DNA from: a virus
IMG/VR virus record: IMGVR_UViG_3300027804_000050
Span: 1-64,000 of that record
Strand: one strand, 5' to 3'
DNA: 64,000 nucleotides
Shown: in pieces, positions 17,123 through 26,480 of the stretch
Layout of the letters: every line of letters begins with the position of its first letter
Position numbering within the stretch: the stretch's first letter is position 1
The notes under the pieces: generated by a model
The model's input: only the letters and a program-made list of their open reading frames with translations
Told to the model about the DNA's origin: nothing
The model's database searches: none
Made by a program: the position numbers and the translations under genes

Positions 17123-17304
17123 AAGAACTTTTAAATTTAGAGAGTCTTTATCTAGAAGCCTATATACTGGTACACAGGGCTGGTTTTACATATCAAGATG
17201 TTAAAACTATGCCAAAACTAGAAAGACTAGTTTTTATTAGGCTTCTAAAAGAAGAGGTTGAGAGAGAAAACGATGCAATTGAACGGAGTAAATCTCGTAG
17301 ATAG
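17101..17304 (+). CDS. gp51-like baseplate/tail assembly chaperone segment, probably reached by -1 frameshift; not in ORF track
   Basis: -1 frame ORF LYLEAYILVHRAGFTYQDVKTMPKLERLVFIRLLKEE with no suitable start codon; slippery A AAT TTT TTC at 17101. Confidence 0.65.
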   Translation, partial: KFFRCELEELLNLESLYLEAYILVHRAGFTYQDVKTMPKLERLVFIRLLKEEVERENDAIERSKSRR

Positions 17305-18220
17305 GCACAACAGGGCAGGAGTGCTTGAGAAGGTAGGATTAAGAGTATTCTTTATTAATAATGGAGAATACTTCGATCCATATGACATCAGTGGTGTTAC
17401 AATCTTCAAAGAGCTAGCTAATACTTCTCCAAGTTCGGTGATTGATACCGATACTGCCCTTCTCTCCTCTTCTATTTCTTCTAGTTTGATCCTGATGCAT
17501 TTTGGAGCTTCTGCCAATGATTCAGGTGCTGCTCTCTACCCGTCTTCATACAATCCTAATTCTAACGCTGCTTCAACTAGCGGTATTTACAGAGTAGGCA
17601 CTGGAGAATACATGGTTGTTCTAGCACCTGATACATCAGGTCGCTATGATTTCTTCGGATCTTCTTTGGTAGTGGAGAATGGTGCTAGTTCTGTAGATGA
17701 TTACATTGATATTTGGACTGTAAAATTCTTTAGCAATTCAGATTATCAATGCCTAGTCAATGATTTCCATTTATACAGAGACACTATCTTTACAGTAACG
17801 CAGCCCTTGTTGCTAACTGCATCAAACAGGCTTGTTAACAAAAATTTAAAACTAGATTCAAAAATTGATCTAAAGGTCACAACAGATGTTAACATAGAAA
17901 ATCGTGACATAGATCAATCCACAAAGAATGTCTTCCGAGACTCTGCTGTGGTTTCAGCAATGTTTAAGATAGAAAAAATAAACGAAGATACTATGGCATT
18001 ACCATCCAGAGTAGAGGTTTCAGGATTCTCACAAACTTCTTCGTTAGTAGATATCACTTCTGATAACACCATGGTATTCAGTTTTGATACAACAAAATTA
18101 GCCACACATCCAAGTGTAGCTAATTTTGCAGGGTTGACTGGAACTTATTGCTTAACCTGTAAGTATAACTTGTTGAATCAGACCATTGTCAGTCAACCCA
18201 TGTACTTTATCATATCTTGA
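17273..18220 (+). CDS. Hypothetical virion protein
   Basis: Start re-called to ATG 17273; beta-rich; structural context. Confidence 0.6.
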   Translation: MQLNGVNLVDRHNRAGVLEKVGLRVFFINNGEYFDPYDISGVTIFKELANTSPSSVIDTDTALLSSSISSSLILMHFGASANDSGAALYPSSYNPNSNAASTSGIYRVGTGEYMVVLAPDTSGRYDFFGSSLVVENGASSVDDYIDIWTVKFFSNSDYQCLVNDFHLYRDTIFTVTQPLLLTASNRLVNKNLKLDSKIDLKVTTDVNIENRDIDQSTKNVFRDSAVVSAMFKIEKINEDTMALPSRVEVSGFSQTSSLVDITSDNTMVFSFDTTKLATHPSVANFAGLTGTYCLTCKYNLLNQTIVSQPMYFIIS

Positions 18221-19173
18221 ATTTTGTAATCATAATCAAAAGGTTTACTGTTTTGAGAAATCCATTGGTCTAGATCTACAAACTTTGCATGAGCAGCATT
18301 CCAGTCCTTGAATCCATCTGGTGTATCGCAAGTCCACAGTTGATTCATACGCATCAATTTTCTCATCGAATCGAACCTCTCCCTCCCGTGCGTTCCTGCG
18401 GAATCCGAATCATATCCAATTATGATTCTGCCCTCAAAGTCCTTTAGCATCTCTAGTTGATTCATGCTAACAGAACATCCTTGCGTAGATGTTGCGTTGA
18501 TTCCTTGAATCTGCAACGATATTGCATCTATTGGGCCTTCGCAAACAACCACATATTCGGCATCCTCGTCAAAAGGATACAGTACATCAGAAACCTTCAA
18601 GTTGTTGTAGTAGGTTGGATTTAGATACTTGGGATTCTGATCGGTCAGGGTCCTCGCTTGAAAATAATACAAAAATCCGTCTTGTTCAAAAGGTAGAATT
18701 ATTCTTTCTTGGAACCTTTTGTTGCTGGAGATAAAGTATTTTTTAGAGTCATCTAGGTCAAACAAACATCTTCTGAAGAGATATGACCAAGCCTTTTCCT
18801 CCGTGGCATTGCAGAAACTCATGTTGGAATGGATCTTTATTAGAGTGCCTAGATCCTCGTTTTCGATCTTCTTTGTAGAACTTAAACCAACATCTTCTAG
18901 TTTTACTGAGTCAAAAGTTTTTACCAGAAGTCTTATTTGAGCTTGCTGGTAGGTCATGCCTTCTACATACGAGTAGAGCCTAATGAAATTTCCTTTTTCA
19001 CCACTCTTGAAGTCTTGCCAAAGACCAGTGTCTAAATTTACACTCATGTGCCTCTTCCAATCATTTTCTAGGAAGATGGATTGCATGATAAATTCACGAC
19101 CACTTGAAGAAATCTTGCCTGTATCAGCAAACTTCTCCTCAAGGTAGGCTCTAATATATTCAGGAGCAATCAT
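18193..19173 (-). CDS. DNA primase (DnaG/TOPRIM, T4 gp61-like)
   Basis: RIILPF, FQAR, PKYLN, CEGPIDA, GYDSD..G, KDWN; start re-called to MIAPEY. Confidence 0.9.
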   Translation of the reverse strand: MIAPEYIRAYLEEKFADTGKISSSGREFIMQSIFLENDWKRHMSVNLDTGLWQDFKSGEKGNFIRLYSYVEGMTYQQAQIRLLVKTFDSVKLEDVGLSSTKKIENEDLGTLIKIHSNMSFCNATEEKAWSYLFRRCLFDLDDSKKYFISSNKRFQERIILPFEQDGFLYYFQARTLTDQNPKYLNPTYYNNLKVSDVLYPFDEDAEYVVVCEGPIDAISLQIQGINATSTQGCSVSMNQLEMLKDFEGRIIIGYDSDSAGTHGRERFDSMRKLMRMNQLWTCDTPDGFKDWNAAHAKFVDLDQWISQNSKPFDYDYKIQDMIKYMG

Positions 19174-19942
19174 GCACATAGATAAAATATCAGAGTCCAA
19201 GTACCGCACTTTTAAGCAGTGCAAGTTGAAATATCGTTACAAGTATGTGGACTTTGTTCCAGAGCCTGAAGATGCTAATACCGATGCCTTGCATTTTGGA
19301 TCCTACATCCATAAAATTTTTGAAGACGGGGTTACGCTAAAATCTGAAAAAGATTTAGTTAAACTTTCCGAAGAAGTACGAGGCAAATATAAAGTTTCTT
19401 CTGACTATGATGGGAAGGATTTAATTTGTATTAAAAACTTCTTATCTTTTAACAAAAAATTAGGTGAGACAGTATCAACTGAAATGTCTTTTGATATTGA
19501 GATTGCCAAGGACATTAGATTGAATGGTATCATTGACCGTGTAATAAGAGGCAAAAATAATACCTATTTAATTATAGATTACAAAACATCTAAAAAAGAG
19601 AAGTCTAAAATTGATTTGTATCAAGACACGCAGATGAAAGGATACACTTATGCTATTCATAAGATGTATGAAGTGCCTATTAAAAATATAACTGTGGCAC
19701 ACTATTATCCTTTGACAGATAATTTAGTTAGCGTATCCTACACTCCAAACCAAATAAATTCGTATGTTAAGTCTATTGTATCAGAGGTATGGAGAATTCG
19801 CAAAGCAAAAAAAGACGATCTCGTCGCCACAAGAAATGAATTCTGTAACTGGTGTCCTTATAAAGGACTATGCCCAGAATTTAATGACCCTCAGGTGATC
19901 GAGGAGAATATAAAAAAACTCAAGTCTTCCTCAAAGACCTGA
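19172..19942 (+). CDS. PD-(D/E)XK nuclease, RecB/AddB/Cas4-like, with 4-Cys (Fe-S) motif
   Basis: S.S...F.QC, GSYIH, E, GIIDR, IIDYKT, Q..Y, CNWCPYKGLC; AGGAG SD. Confidence 0.9.
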   Translation: MHIDKISESKYRTFKQCKLKYRYKYVDFVPEPEDANTDALHFGSYIHKIFEDGVTLKSEKDLVKLSEEVRGKYKVSSDYDGKDLICIKNFLSFNKKLGETVSTEMSFDIEIAKDIRLNGIIDRVIRGKNNTYLIIDYKTSKKEKSKIDLYQDTQMKGYTYAIHKMYEVPIKNITVAHYYPLTDNLVSVSYTPNQINSYVKSIVSEVWRIRKAKKDDLVATRNEFCNWCPYKGLCPEFNDPQVIEENIKKLKSSSKT

Positions 19943-20225
19943 GTGAGCCGTAGATGAAGGGGGAGTATATTTCTATTTCTACGGATTCAAAAAAATTAAG
20001 TACTTGATCAGGAGAATATTTACATTTCCTAGTAAGATAAGTATATAATATAGTAAGCTTTAAAGGTTTTTGTTTATTTAAAGCTTCTAAAACCTTCATC
20101 TGGAAATGTTTTATGAACTTCTCTGAGTATTTATGTCTCCATCTTTCAACAAACTCAGAACTTAGTGTATCATTAATTAAATCTATAAAATCTACTATAT
20201 CTATATTTGTATTATTTACATCCAT
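19920..20225 (-). CDS. Hypothetical protein
   Basis: 101-aa ORF, helical. Confidence 0.65.
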   Translation of the reverse strand: MDVNNTNIDIVDFIDLINDTLSSEFVERWRHKYSEKFIKHFQMKVLEALNKQKPLKLTILYTYLTRKCKYSPDQVLNFFESVEIEIYSPFIYGSLRSLRKT

Positions 20226-20258
20226 TATTATATAACCTAGATATATTAATATAGTTCA

Positions 20259-20663
20259 ATGGCTCAAAAATTTCAAAGAAAATTAAAAAAAATAGAAACC
20301 AATACGGGTTTATATTTTGATCCTATAGCTAAAAGTCCTAGCCAGATAGATGTAGGTGATATTTTAACTTTTAAATACGAAAAGATTCAAAGACTAGTCT
20401 TGGTAGTAAAACCCGTATCAAAATCTCCAGATACAGGAAATTTACTTTTAACTTGTGTAAATATCTCCTTGGATACTGAATTTACCAGAGAATCAGCTAA
20501 AGCCCTATATAAAAATAGATCTAGTTTAGGGGAAGATCAATATAGAACCTACATCTTCAATAAGATTGAAGGTAACTTACGAGTATTAATTAGTGAAGAA
20601 GACGAGAGTCCTCCTAAACCTCTTTTAGATGATCAGGTAACAGACGAGGTTTTTAAAGAATAA
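20259..20663 (+). CDS. Hypothetical protein, possibly DNA end protector (gp2)-like
   Basis: GDILTFKY and YRTYI motifs; lies just before tape measure. Confidence 0.35.
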   Translation: MAQKFQRKLKKIETNTGLYFDPIAKSPSQIDVGDILTFKYEKIQRLVLVVKPVSKSPDTGNLLLTCVNISLDTEFTRESAKALYKNRSSLGEDQYRTYIFNKIEGNLRVLISEEDESPPKPLLDDQVTDEVFKE

Positions 20664-20666
20664 CAA

Positions 20667-22781
20667 ATGGCCGTACCAGCATTAATTTCAGCTTTAAGCA
20701 CAGCACTTAGAACTTCTACATTAAGCATGGGTCGTTTAAGTACTGCCATAGATGTTTCTAGGGCGGCTGGGTCCACATCGGCAGAACGCTTGGTTAATGC
20801 TCAAGCCACTATGGCAACAGGCTTGGGTGGCATCGTGGGTATGTTAGCCCAACATATAGACTCTTTAACCAATGAATTCTTGGATTATAGCACTCAAGCC
20901 GCAAAGTTTGGTAATAGTTTTGATGGAGTGATGCAGGAGCAGTCTGCTTCGGTAGGTTCTCTTAATGATTCTATAAAAAATAGATTTGAAGTTGCATTAA
21001 AATTAAATGAACAAGGATTGTATGGTAATAATGCTGAACTTGCTAATTTAGCTAGCATTCAGCAAAATTTAGGAATTAATTCAGAAAAAACCATTGCAGC
21101 TTTAAGAGCAAATTCTTTATCTACTGGATTAGGTTCCGATTCAATGAATAGGCTTGCAGCAGAAACTGTAAAACTATCCACAGATTATAGAGTTTCTACT
21201 GAAAGGTTAGTAGCAGTCATTAAAGATTTACAAACTTCTAATGAAAATTTAGCATTGATCAGTGGAGCAAATGCTGAAGCTTTCAATAAAGGAGTTATGG
21301 GATTAGCTGCGGAACTTGGTGGGGGAACTGATGTTACCGCGCAACTAACTAAGTTCGCAAATCTATTAGCCTCGACGGATCCCACTACTATGCAAAGACT
21401 CGCTGCTGCTGGTCTTGCTGATGTTCAACAAAGAATAATTCAAGCTACATCACCAACTGAAATTCAAGCAATATTAAAAGAAGCTGCACAAAGAGCAGGT
21501 GGAACTTTTGAAATGTTTGAAAGTAGTGTTTTGGCTGGTGCAGCAACAGTGCAGCAAAATTTTGGTAGAGATCTTCCTGCGGTAACTATTGCTTTAAACA
21601 CTGCTTTAAGGGAAGCTTCACAAAATGTAAGGAACTTATCTGATGCAGCAGCAGCTAATGTCGATCCAAGAGATCAATTAAATAAATTATTAGAAAGAGC
21701 GTTTGATCCTTTAAGACAATTATTCTTTGACCAAGTTCCAAAAATATTAACTGCATTAACCCCTGCCATTGAATTATTCTCAAAAATGTTATCAGAAGTG
21801 GTTGTTTTCATAACTCCATTTATCGAAACATTAGTAGAAATAACTTCAGTAGTAATTAGTGCTGCTGTGGCTGTTTTTGAATTCTTAAAAGAAAGCCAAG
21901 CATTTAAACTTTTCTTGATAGGAATTGTTCCTGCATTAATAGCTGCATTATTACCACCGTTTATACTTTTGACAGCAGCTTTATATTCATTAGTTGTTGC
22001 AGCAGTAACTTTAGCATTACCATTTATTGCAATTGGAGCAGCACTATATTTATTATATAAAGGTGCAATATTAGTTTATGAAACATTTGAGACACAGTTG
22101 AAACCAATAGTTGATCAGATTGTTCAATTCTTCTCTGTTTTTAAAGCTGATTTTGTAACTGTTTTTGAAGATTTGGTAACTTTTGGGAAAGCACTAGCAG
22201 TTATTTTTGACGAACCTCAAATTGCATTGGATTCTTTTGTAGGTTTAGTTCAAAGACTTGGAGCAATGATATTAGATATAATATTTATTGTTCCCAAGAT
22301 TTTATCTTCTGTGGCTTCAGCAATTTTGGATTTCTTGCCAGATGCGATAGTCCCTGACGCATTAAAAGAATTTGCAGAAGGAGTTCCAGCAGCTTTAGAC
22401 GGAGTTACTAATTCTTTAAGAGAATCTTCCCAGAAAAATATGGATTCTTCAAAACAAGCTTTGGCAAAAATAGAAGCTGAACAACAAAAATCAAACGCAA
22501 CTTTAGATCAAATTTCAACAAATACTAAAAAAGAACCTGCTACTCTTCCTGATTATATGAATGATTTGAACTTAGAATTAGAAAAGGCTTTCCAAGAACT
22601 GTTAGGTATAAATGAGCAGGAAGGTATGTTAAACGCTTTAGCAACCGTAAACCAAACAATGCAAATTGTTTCTCAAAATATAAATAATCAAACTCAACAC
22701 ATAGTTCAAGGAAACGAAGTTAATAATCAAGTGGCTATTAACACTCGCCCAAAAATGACCGCAATAGGTGATGGAGGCTGA
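20667..22781 (+). CDS. Tail tape measure protein
   Basis: Ala/Leu-rich helical, hydrophobic TM-like block, upstream of baseplate genes. Confidence 0.75.
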   Translation: MAVPALISALSTALRTSTLSMGRLSTAIDVSRAAGSTSAERLVNAQATMATGLGGIVGMLAQHIDSLTNEFLDYSTQAAKFGNSFDGVMQEQSASVGSLNDSIKNRFEVALKLNEQGLYGNNAELANLASIQQNLGINSEKTIAALRANSLSTGLGSDSMNRLAAETVKLSTDYRVSTERLVAVIKDLQTSNENLALISGANAEAFNKGVMGLAAELGGGTDVTAQLTKFANLLASTDPTTMQRLAAAGLADVQQRIIQATSPTEIQAILKEAAQRAGGTFEMFESSVLAGAATVQQNFGRDLPAVTIALNTALREASQNVRNLSDAAAANVDPRDQLNKLLERAFDPLRQLFFDQVPKILTALTPAIELFSKMLSEVVVFITPFIETLVEITSVVISAAVAVFEFLKESQAFKLFLIGIVPALIAALLPPFILLTAALYSLVVAAVTLALPFIAIGAALYLLYKGAILVYETFETQLKPIVDQIVQFFSVFKADFVTVFEDLVTFGKALAVIFDEPQIALDSFVGLVQRLGAMILDIIFIVPKILSSVASAILDFLPDAIVPDALKEFAEGVPAALDGVTNSLRESSQKNMDSSKQALAKIEAEQQKSNATLDQISTNTKKEPATLPDYMNDLNLELEKAFQELLGINEQEGMLNALATVNQTMQIVSQNINNQTQHIVQGNEVNNQVAINTRPKMTAIGDGG

Positions 22782-22783
22782 TA

Positions 22784-23677
22784 ATGTATAGAGTAGACAG
22801 AAGATTACCTGAGAGGTCTAAATTAGTTTTTTACTTTCCAAATCCAGATCAGGCTGAGGGAAAATTTACTTCTGTAGAATTACCTTTTTTCGAGAATATT
22901 CAGGTAGAAGAAAGTAAAACTGCTAGATATGTCAGCTATAAACTTTTATCTAGACATAGTGATTTGTACGGGTACACAGGAGCAGATTCTAGAAAGTTTA
23001 TGTTGGATTTTAGTATAAGTATACCCCACCTAATGGCAGAGTATCCAAATTACATTAACTTAGATATGATGAAAAGGAATGTAAAAAAGAAATTAATAAC
23101 AGCCCCAGAAAATAATTTTGGTAACACTCAAAATACTAACTCTATCCCAACACAATCTCAAAAGTTTGCTCAAGAATACAGAGATTTTGTCAAAGGAACA
23201 GACTCTGGATCTTTACAAAGTGTATTACAAAATCTAGTTTCTCAAGATATGTATAATTCAAGTGATGCAGTTGATTTGATAGATACAGAGTTTAGTAGAC
23301 CAGTTAGTGACATTGATAAAAAAGCAATAGAAATAGTTTTATATTGGATTAATGTAGTTAGAAGCTCTGTTGTGACTAATGCTAAAAATCCTATCTTAGG
23401 ACCTCCAATAGTTAGATTTAGCCATGGTGTGATGTATCAAGACATTCCTTGTATCATAAAAGATTATAAGATATCTCAAAATTACGACACTGCAACTTAT
23501 GATTTAGATACCTTGATGCCTTTTACAATTGATTTTGTTCTTAATTTGGAAGAGTTCAGATCAGGAGATTTTGGAGTTTTTGAAAAAAATCAAGCTATAA
23601 AAAGAGATAATTTAGCAGGATATGAGGCAGTTATTTTTGAAGATACCCACAGCATGGATCCCGGAGAATTAAGATGA
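22784..23677 (+). CDS. Baseplate tube initiator (gp48/gp54-like)
   Basis: ESK.A.Y....L.R....YGY; GPPIVRF..G..Y..IPCII motif; synteny. Confidence 0.65.
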   Translation: MYRVDRRLPERSKLVFYFPNPDQAEGKFTSVELPFFENIQVEESKTARYVSYKLLSRHSDLYGYTGADSRKFMLDFSISIPHLMAEYPNYINLDMMKRNVKKKLITAPENNFGNTQNTNSIPTQSQKFAQEYRDFVKGTDSGSLQSVLQNLVSQDMYNSSDAVDLIDTEFSRPVSDIDKKAIEIVLYWINVVRSSVVTNAKNPILGPPIVRFSHGVMYQDIPCIIKDYKISQNYDTATYDLDTLMPFTIDFVLNLEEFRSGDFGVFEKNQAIKRDNLAGYEAVIFEDTHSMDPGELR

Positions 23678-23982
23678 GCAATTTTCAAAACTCTAAAGGT
23701 CCTTATGGGCTAGATAAAAAAACTTACAGACATAGAGGCAAAACAGTTACTACAATTTTGCACTCTAATAAGTTTGATACTATTATAACTAATATTCAAA
23801 AAGCATATAAGTATGATGTTGCTTACTTACCTGCTGGATTGAAACAAAGACCTGATTTAATTGCTAATGATTATTATGGTAACCCTTCCAATTGGTGGTT
23901 GATATTGTTTGTAAATAATATAAAAGACCCTTTTGAAGAGTTACAGGAAATGAAAAGGATAATTCTCCCTAAAGTAAAATGA
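23674..23982 (+). CDS. Baseplate wedge protein gp53-like (LysM-like)
   Basis: RPDLIANDYYGNPSNWWLILFVNNIKDPF. Confidence 0.85.
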   Translation: MSNFQNSKGPYGLDKKTYRHRGKTVTTILHSNKFDTIITNIQKAYKYDVAYLPAGLKQRPDLIANDYYGNPSNWWLILFVNNIKDPFEELQEMKRIILPKVK

Positions 23983-26480
23983 CTAACTTTGTTCCAACAC
24001 CTTTTATTTTTATAGGATTCAATAAAGATGCAATAACAAAAATCTTTTTGGATCCTAATTCCCTTTCTACCACTGATATAATTAAACAAATAAAAGAGTA
24101 CTCAGGAGATAAAGAGGATTTTTTACTTTTTGAAAATTATGCTAATCCAAATTTTGTACGCTTACAACATACATTAGGAGCCGGAGGAAGTGCTCCCAAC
24201 ATTCTAGAAATTGAATTAGTAGATCCTAATAATGAATTCGAAAAACGGATGATGATGACAACATCATATCCTGAAAATGTTCCATTTGAATTAGTTGATA
24301 GTAGTGGAACTCCAATAGCAATAGCTAATTCTCAAAAGTTAGAATCTAAAGTAAGAAAAGAATTGTACTTATCTTCTATAAATAGATATGTTCAAGCTAA
24401 TACTGATAGATTGTATTACATTGCGTATGGTGTGGGAACTAATCCTAAATATTGGGCAGGACCTTTTGCAGTTACTTTAACTAATTTTAATATCGAGACT
24501 ACAGAATTTAAAAAAGTAACTTGTATTTTTACTCAAGTGCCTAACGGTCTTTCAGAAGAAGGAGCATTAGCTTTTAATAAAAAATCTAAAGGAGCACTTA
24601 ATGCTACAGGGCTAAAAAGACAGACAGTAGGATCTTCAAAACCGATATTATTTGCTGATTATTTAAATAATAAAAGTGAAGTTTTTTACGATCCTTATTC
24701 TTTATCAACTAAAGAATCTAATTCGATAAAAGAAATAATTGCTTCCACCTTGAGTGACAAGCAAAAAAGTAAGATAAGTTTGATTTCTTCTTTTATTAAA
24801 GAAGTAGATTTTCATTCCATGGTAACTGACTGTATTGCAAACTATGTTGCTAAAGTTACCGGTAATGATAATGTTATAGTTTTTTTACCAAATTTAAATT
24901 CTGTTTTAGCAGTATCTGAGGGGTTTAGTGAGGCAATTGAAGCTGCAAGAAATGTTTCTAATAAAAAATTTAAATGGGTATCTAATCCTAGATTATCAAC
25001 TTGTTTAAGAGTGAGACACGCAATCAGTGATTCCCTTAGTTATTTAAACAGGATGACCCAAGTAGTTTACCCGGAAGATAATGATCATTTAAAACAAGAT
25101 TTTGATAAGAGTAAAACTACAGACGCGAAAGATATATCTTGGGTTACAGAGACTGAAAAAGAGTCAGATAGAAATGCTAGATTAGAAGCTTTTTTCAAAA
25201 AAAATAGTTTCTATTCTATTTTAGAAACAGTTGTTCAAGATAATAATACTGTAAATCATTGGGAAGTTTTAGATAAACTAATTGCTGAGATTAATAGGAA
25301 TATTAGTGTTTTGCAAATAAACTTAGCAATGTACTTCGAAAGCAATGTCAAAATTTTAAATGTCTTGAAAGAATATTATGATAAGAAAGACCCTGCTTTT
25401 AGGTTCCCCTCATCATTTCAAGATGTAGTCATAATTGTTGGCGATAGAGACATGATAAGGAAATATATCTACGCACAGGAACCAATAGCAATAGGAAAAA
25501 ATGATCTTTTTGATACAAAGATAAATATAAGTTTAGAAGGTGCTGGGCAAAATACAACCATAAAAAATGCAATACAACTATATCACTCCAAGGATAAAGT
25601 ATTCTTTAGTAAAGATTATAATGAAAAAATATCTGAAGTAGTATACCCAGATGATGAAAACGCTCCTTTTGGCTCATACCAATCTCCTCCAGATATCTTT
25701 GCTTACAAAAAAACTGATGATGTTAAAAAGCAAGGAAAATTATTAAATCGTTATACTGTATTCCGGTACAATACCGCCAATCCAAATGTTTTAAAAATAA
25801 AAGTAGATAATAATCTTTCTTATCTAACGGAATTAAAAGTAGGATTTCAAAGAGAATTATTTAAGTCTGCAACAACAAAACTTGCAGGAGTTTATTCAGA
25901 CCAATACAAACTAAATGTTTTCCTTTCGGAAGAAGCCATAATAGGATATATTCAAAATAAATTAAGATCTAGTGAGCCTGTGGATAAAGAGTTTTTAGTT
26001 AAGGAAATTTCAGAAAGTTTAGCTCAGAATGGTCTTCCTAATGATGTTCAAGGAGACGCTGTAGCAATTGCTAAAAATTGTTTGGCATTGGCAGAGGGGG
26101 GAATGAAAAGTAAAAATAGACAAACTATAATTATAGATGCATTCTCACCTAAAAACCCTGCACTAGTAATGTCTGATTTATCCAACTCCTTATATAAAAG
26201 AACATTTCAAGTTGTATTGGAAACTTTACCAATGTTTCATATAAGTAACTACTCAAATATTAACTCTAATTGTATGTTGTTTGCTCAAAGTGGTAAACTA
26301 CTAGTCAGCGACCCTTCTTATGAAACTGATCCATTTGCAGTTTTTTTAAGTGGATTATATATTTTAATCGGTATGAAACATGTGATTGAACCAGATAGAA
26401 TGTATTCAGAATTTACTTTGGTGAGAAACTCAAAAGTATTAACTTCTGAAAAAGGATATAATAAAGGAAAAACTGTATGA
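23979..26480 (+). CDS. Baseplate hub (gp27-like), enlarged
   Basis: C-terminal LSGLYILIGMKHVI...SEFTLVR; between gp53 and spike. Confidence 0.6.
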   Translation: MTNFVPTPFIFIGFNKDAITKIFLDPNSLSTTDIIKQIKEYSGDKEDFLLFENYANPNFVRLQHTLGAGGSAPNILEIELVDPNNEFEKRMMMTTSYPENVPFELVDSSGTPIAIANSQKLESKVRKELYLSSINRYVQANTDRLYYIAYGVGTNPKYWAGPFAVTLTNFNIETTEFKKVTCIFTQVPNGLSEEGALAFNKKSKGALNATGLKRQTVGSSKPILFADYLNNKSEVFYDPYSLSTKESNSIKEIIASTLSDKQKSKISLISSFIKEVDFHSMVTDCIANYVAKVTGNDNVIVFLPNLNSVLAVSEGFSEAIEAARNVSNKKFKWVSNPRLSTCLRVRHAISDSLSYLNRMTQVVYPEDNDHLKQDFDKSKTTDAKDISWVTETEKESDRNARLEAFFKKNSFYSILETVVQDNNTVNHWEVLDKLIAEINRNISVLQINLAMYFESNVKILNVLKEYYDKKDPAFRFPSSFQDVVIIVGDRDMIRKYIYAQEPIAIGKNDLFDTKINISLEGAGQNTTIKNAIQLYHSKDKVFFSKDYNEKISEVVYPDDENAPFGSYQSPPDIFAYKKTDDVKKQGKLLNRYTVFRYNTANPNVLKIKVDNNLSYLTELKVGFQRELFKSATTKLAGVYSDQYKLNVFLSEEAIIGYIQNKLRSSEPVDKEFLVKEISESLAQNGLPNDVQGDAVAIAKNCLALAEGGMKSKNRQTIIIDAFSPKNPALVMSDLSNSLYKRTFQVVLETLPMFHISNYSNINSNCMLFAQSGKLLVSDPSYETDPFAVFLSGLYILIGMKHVIEPDRMYSEFTLVRNSKVLTSEKGYNKGKTV

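Noticed and set aside
19172-19942. CRISPR Cas4 / cas locus
   Set aside because: Stand-alone RecB/Cas4-like nucleases are common in phages; no array or other cas genes
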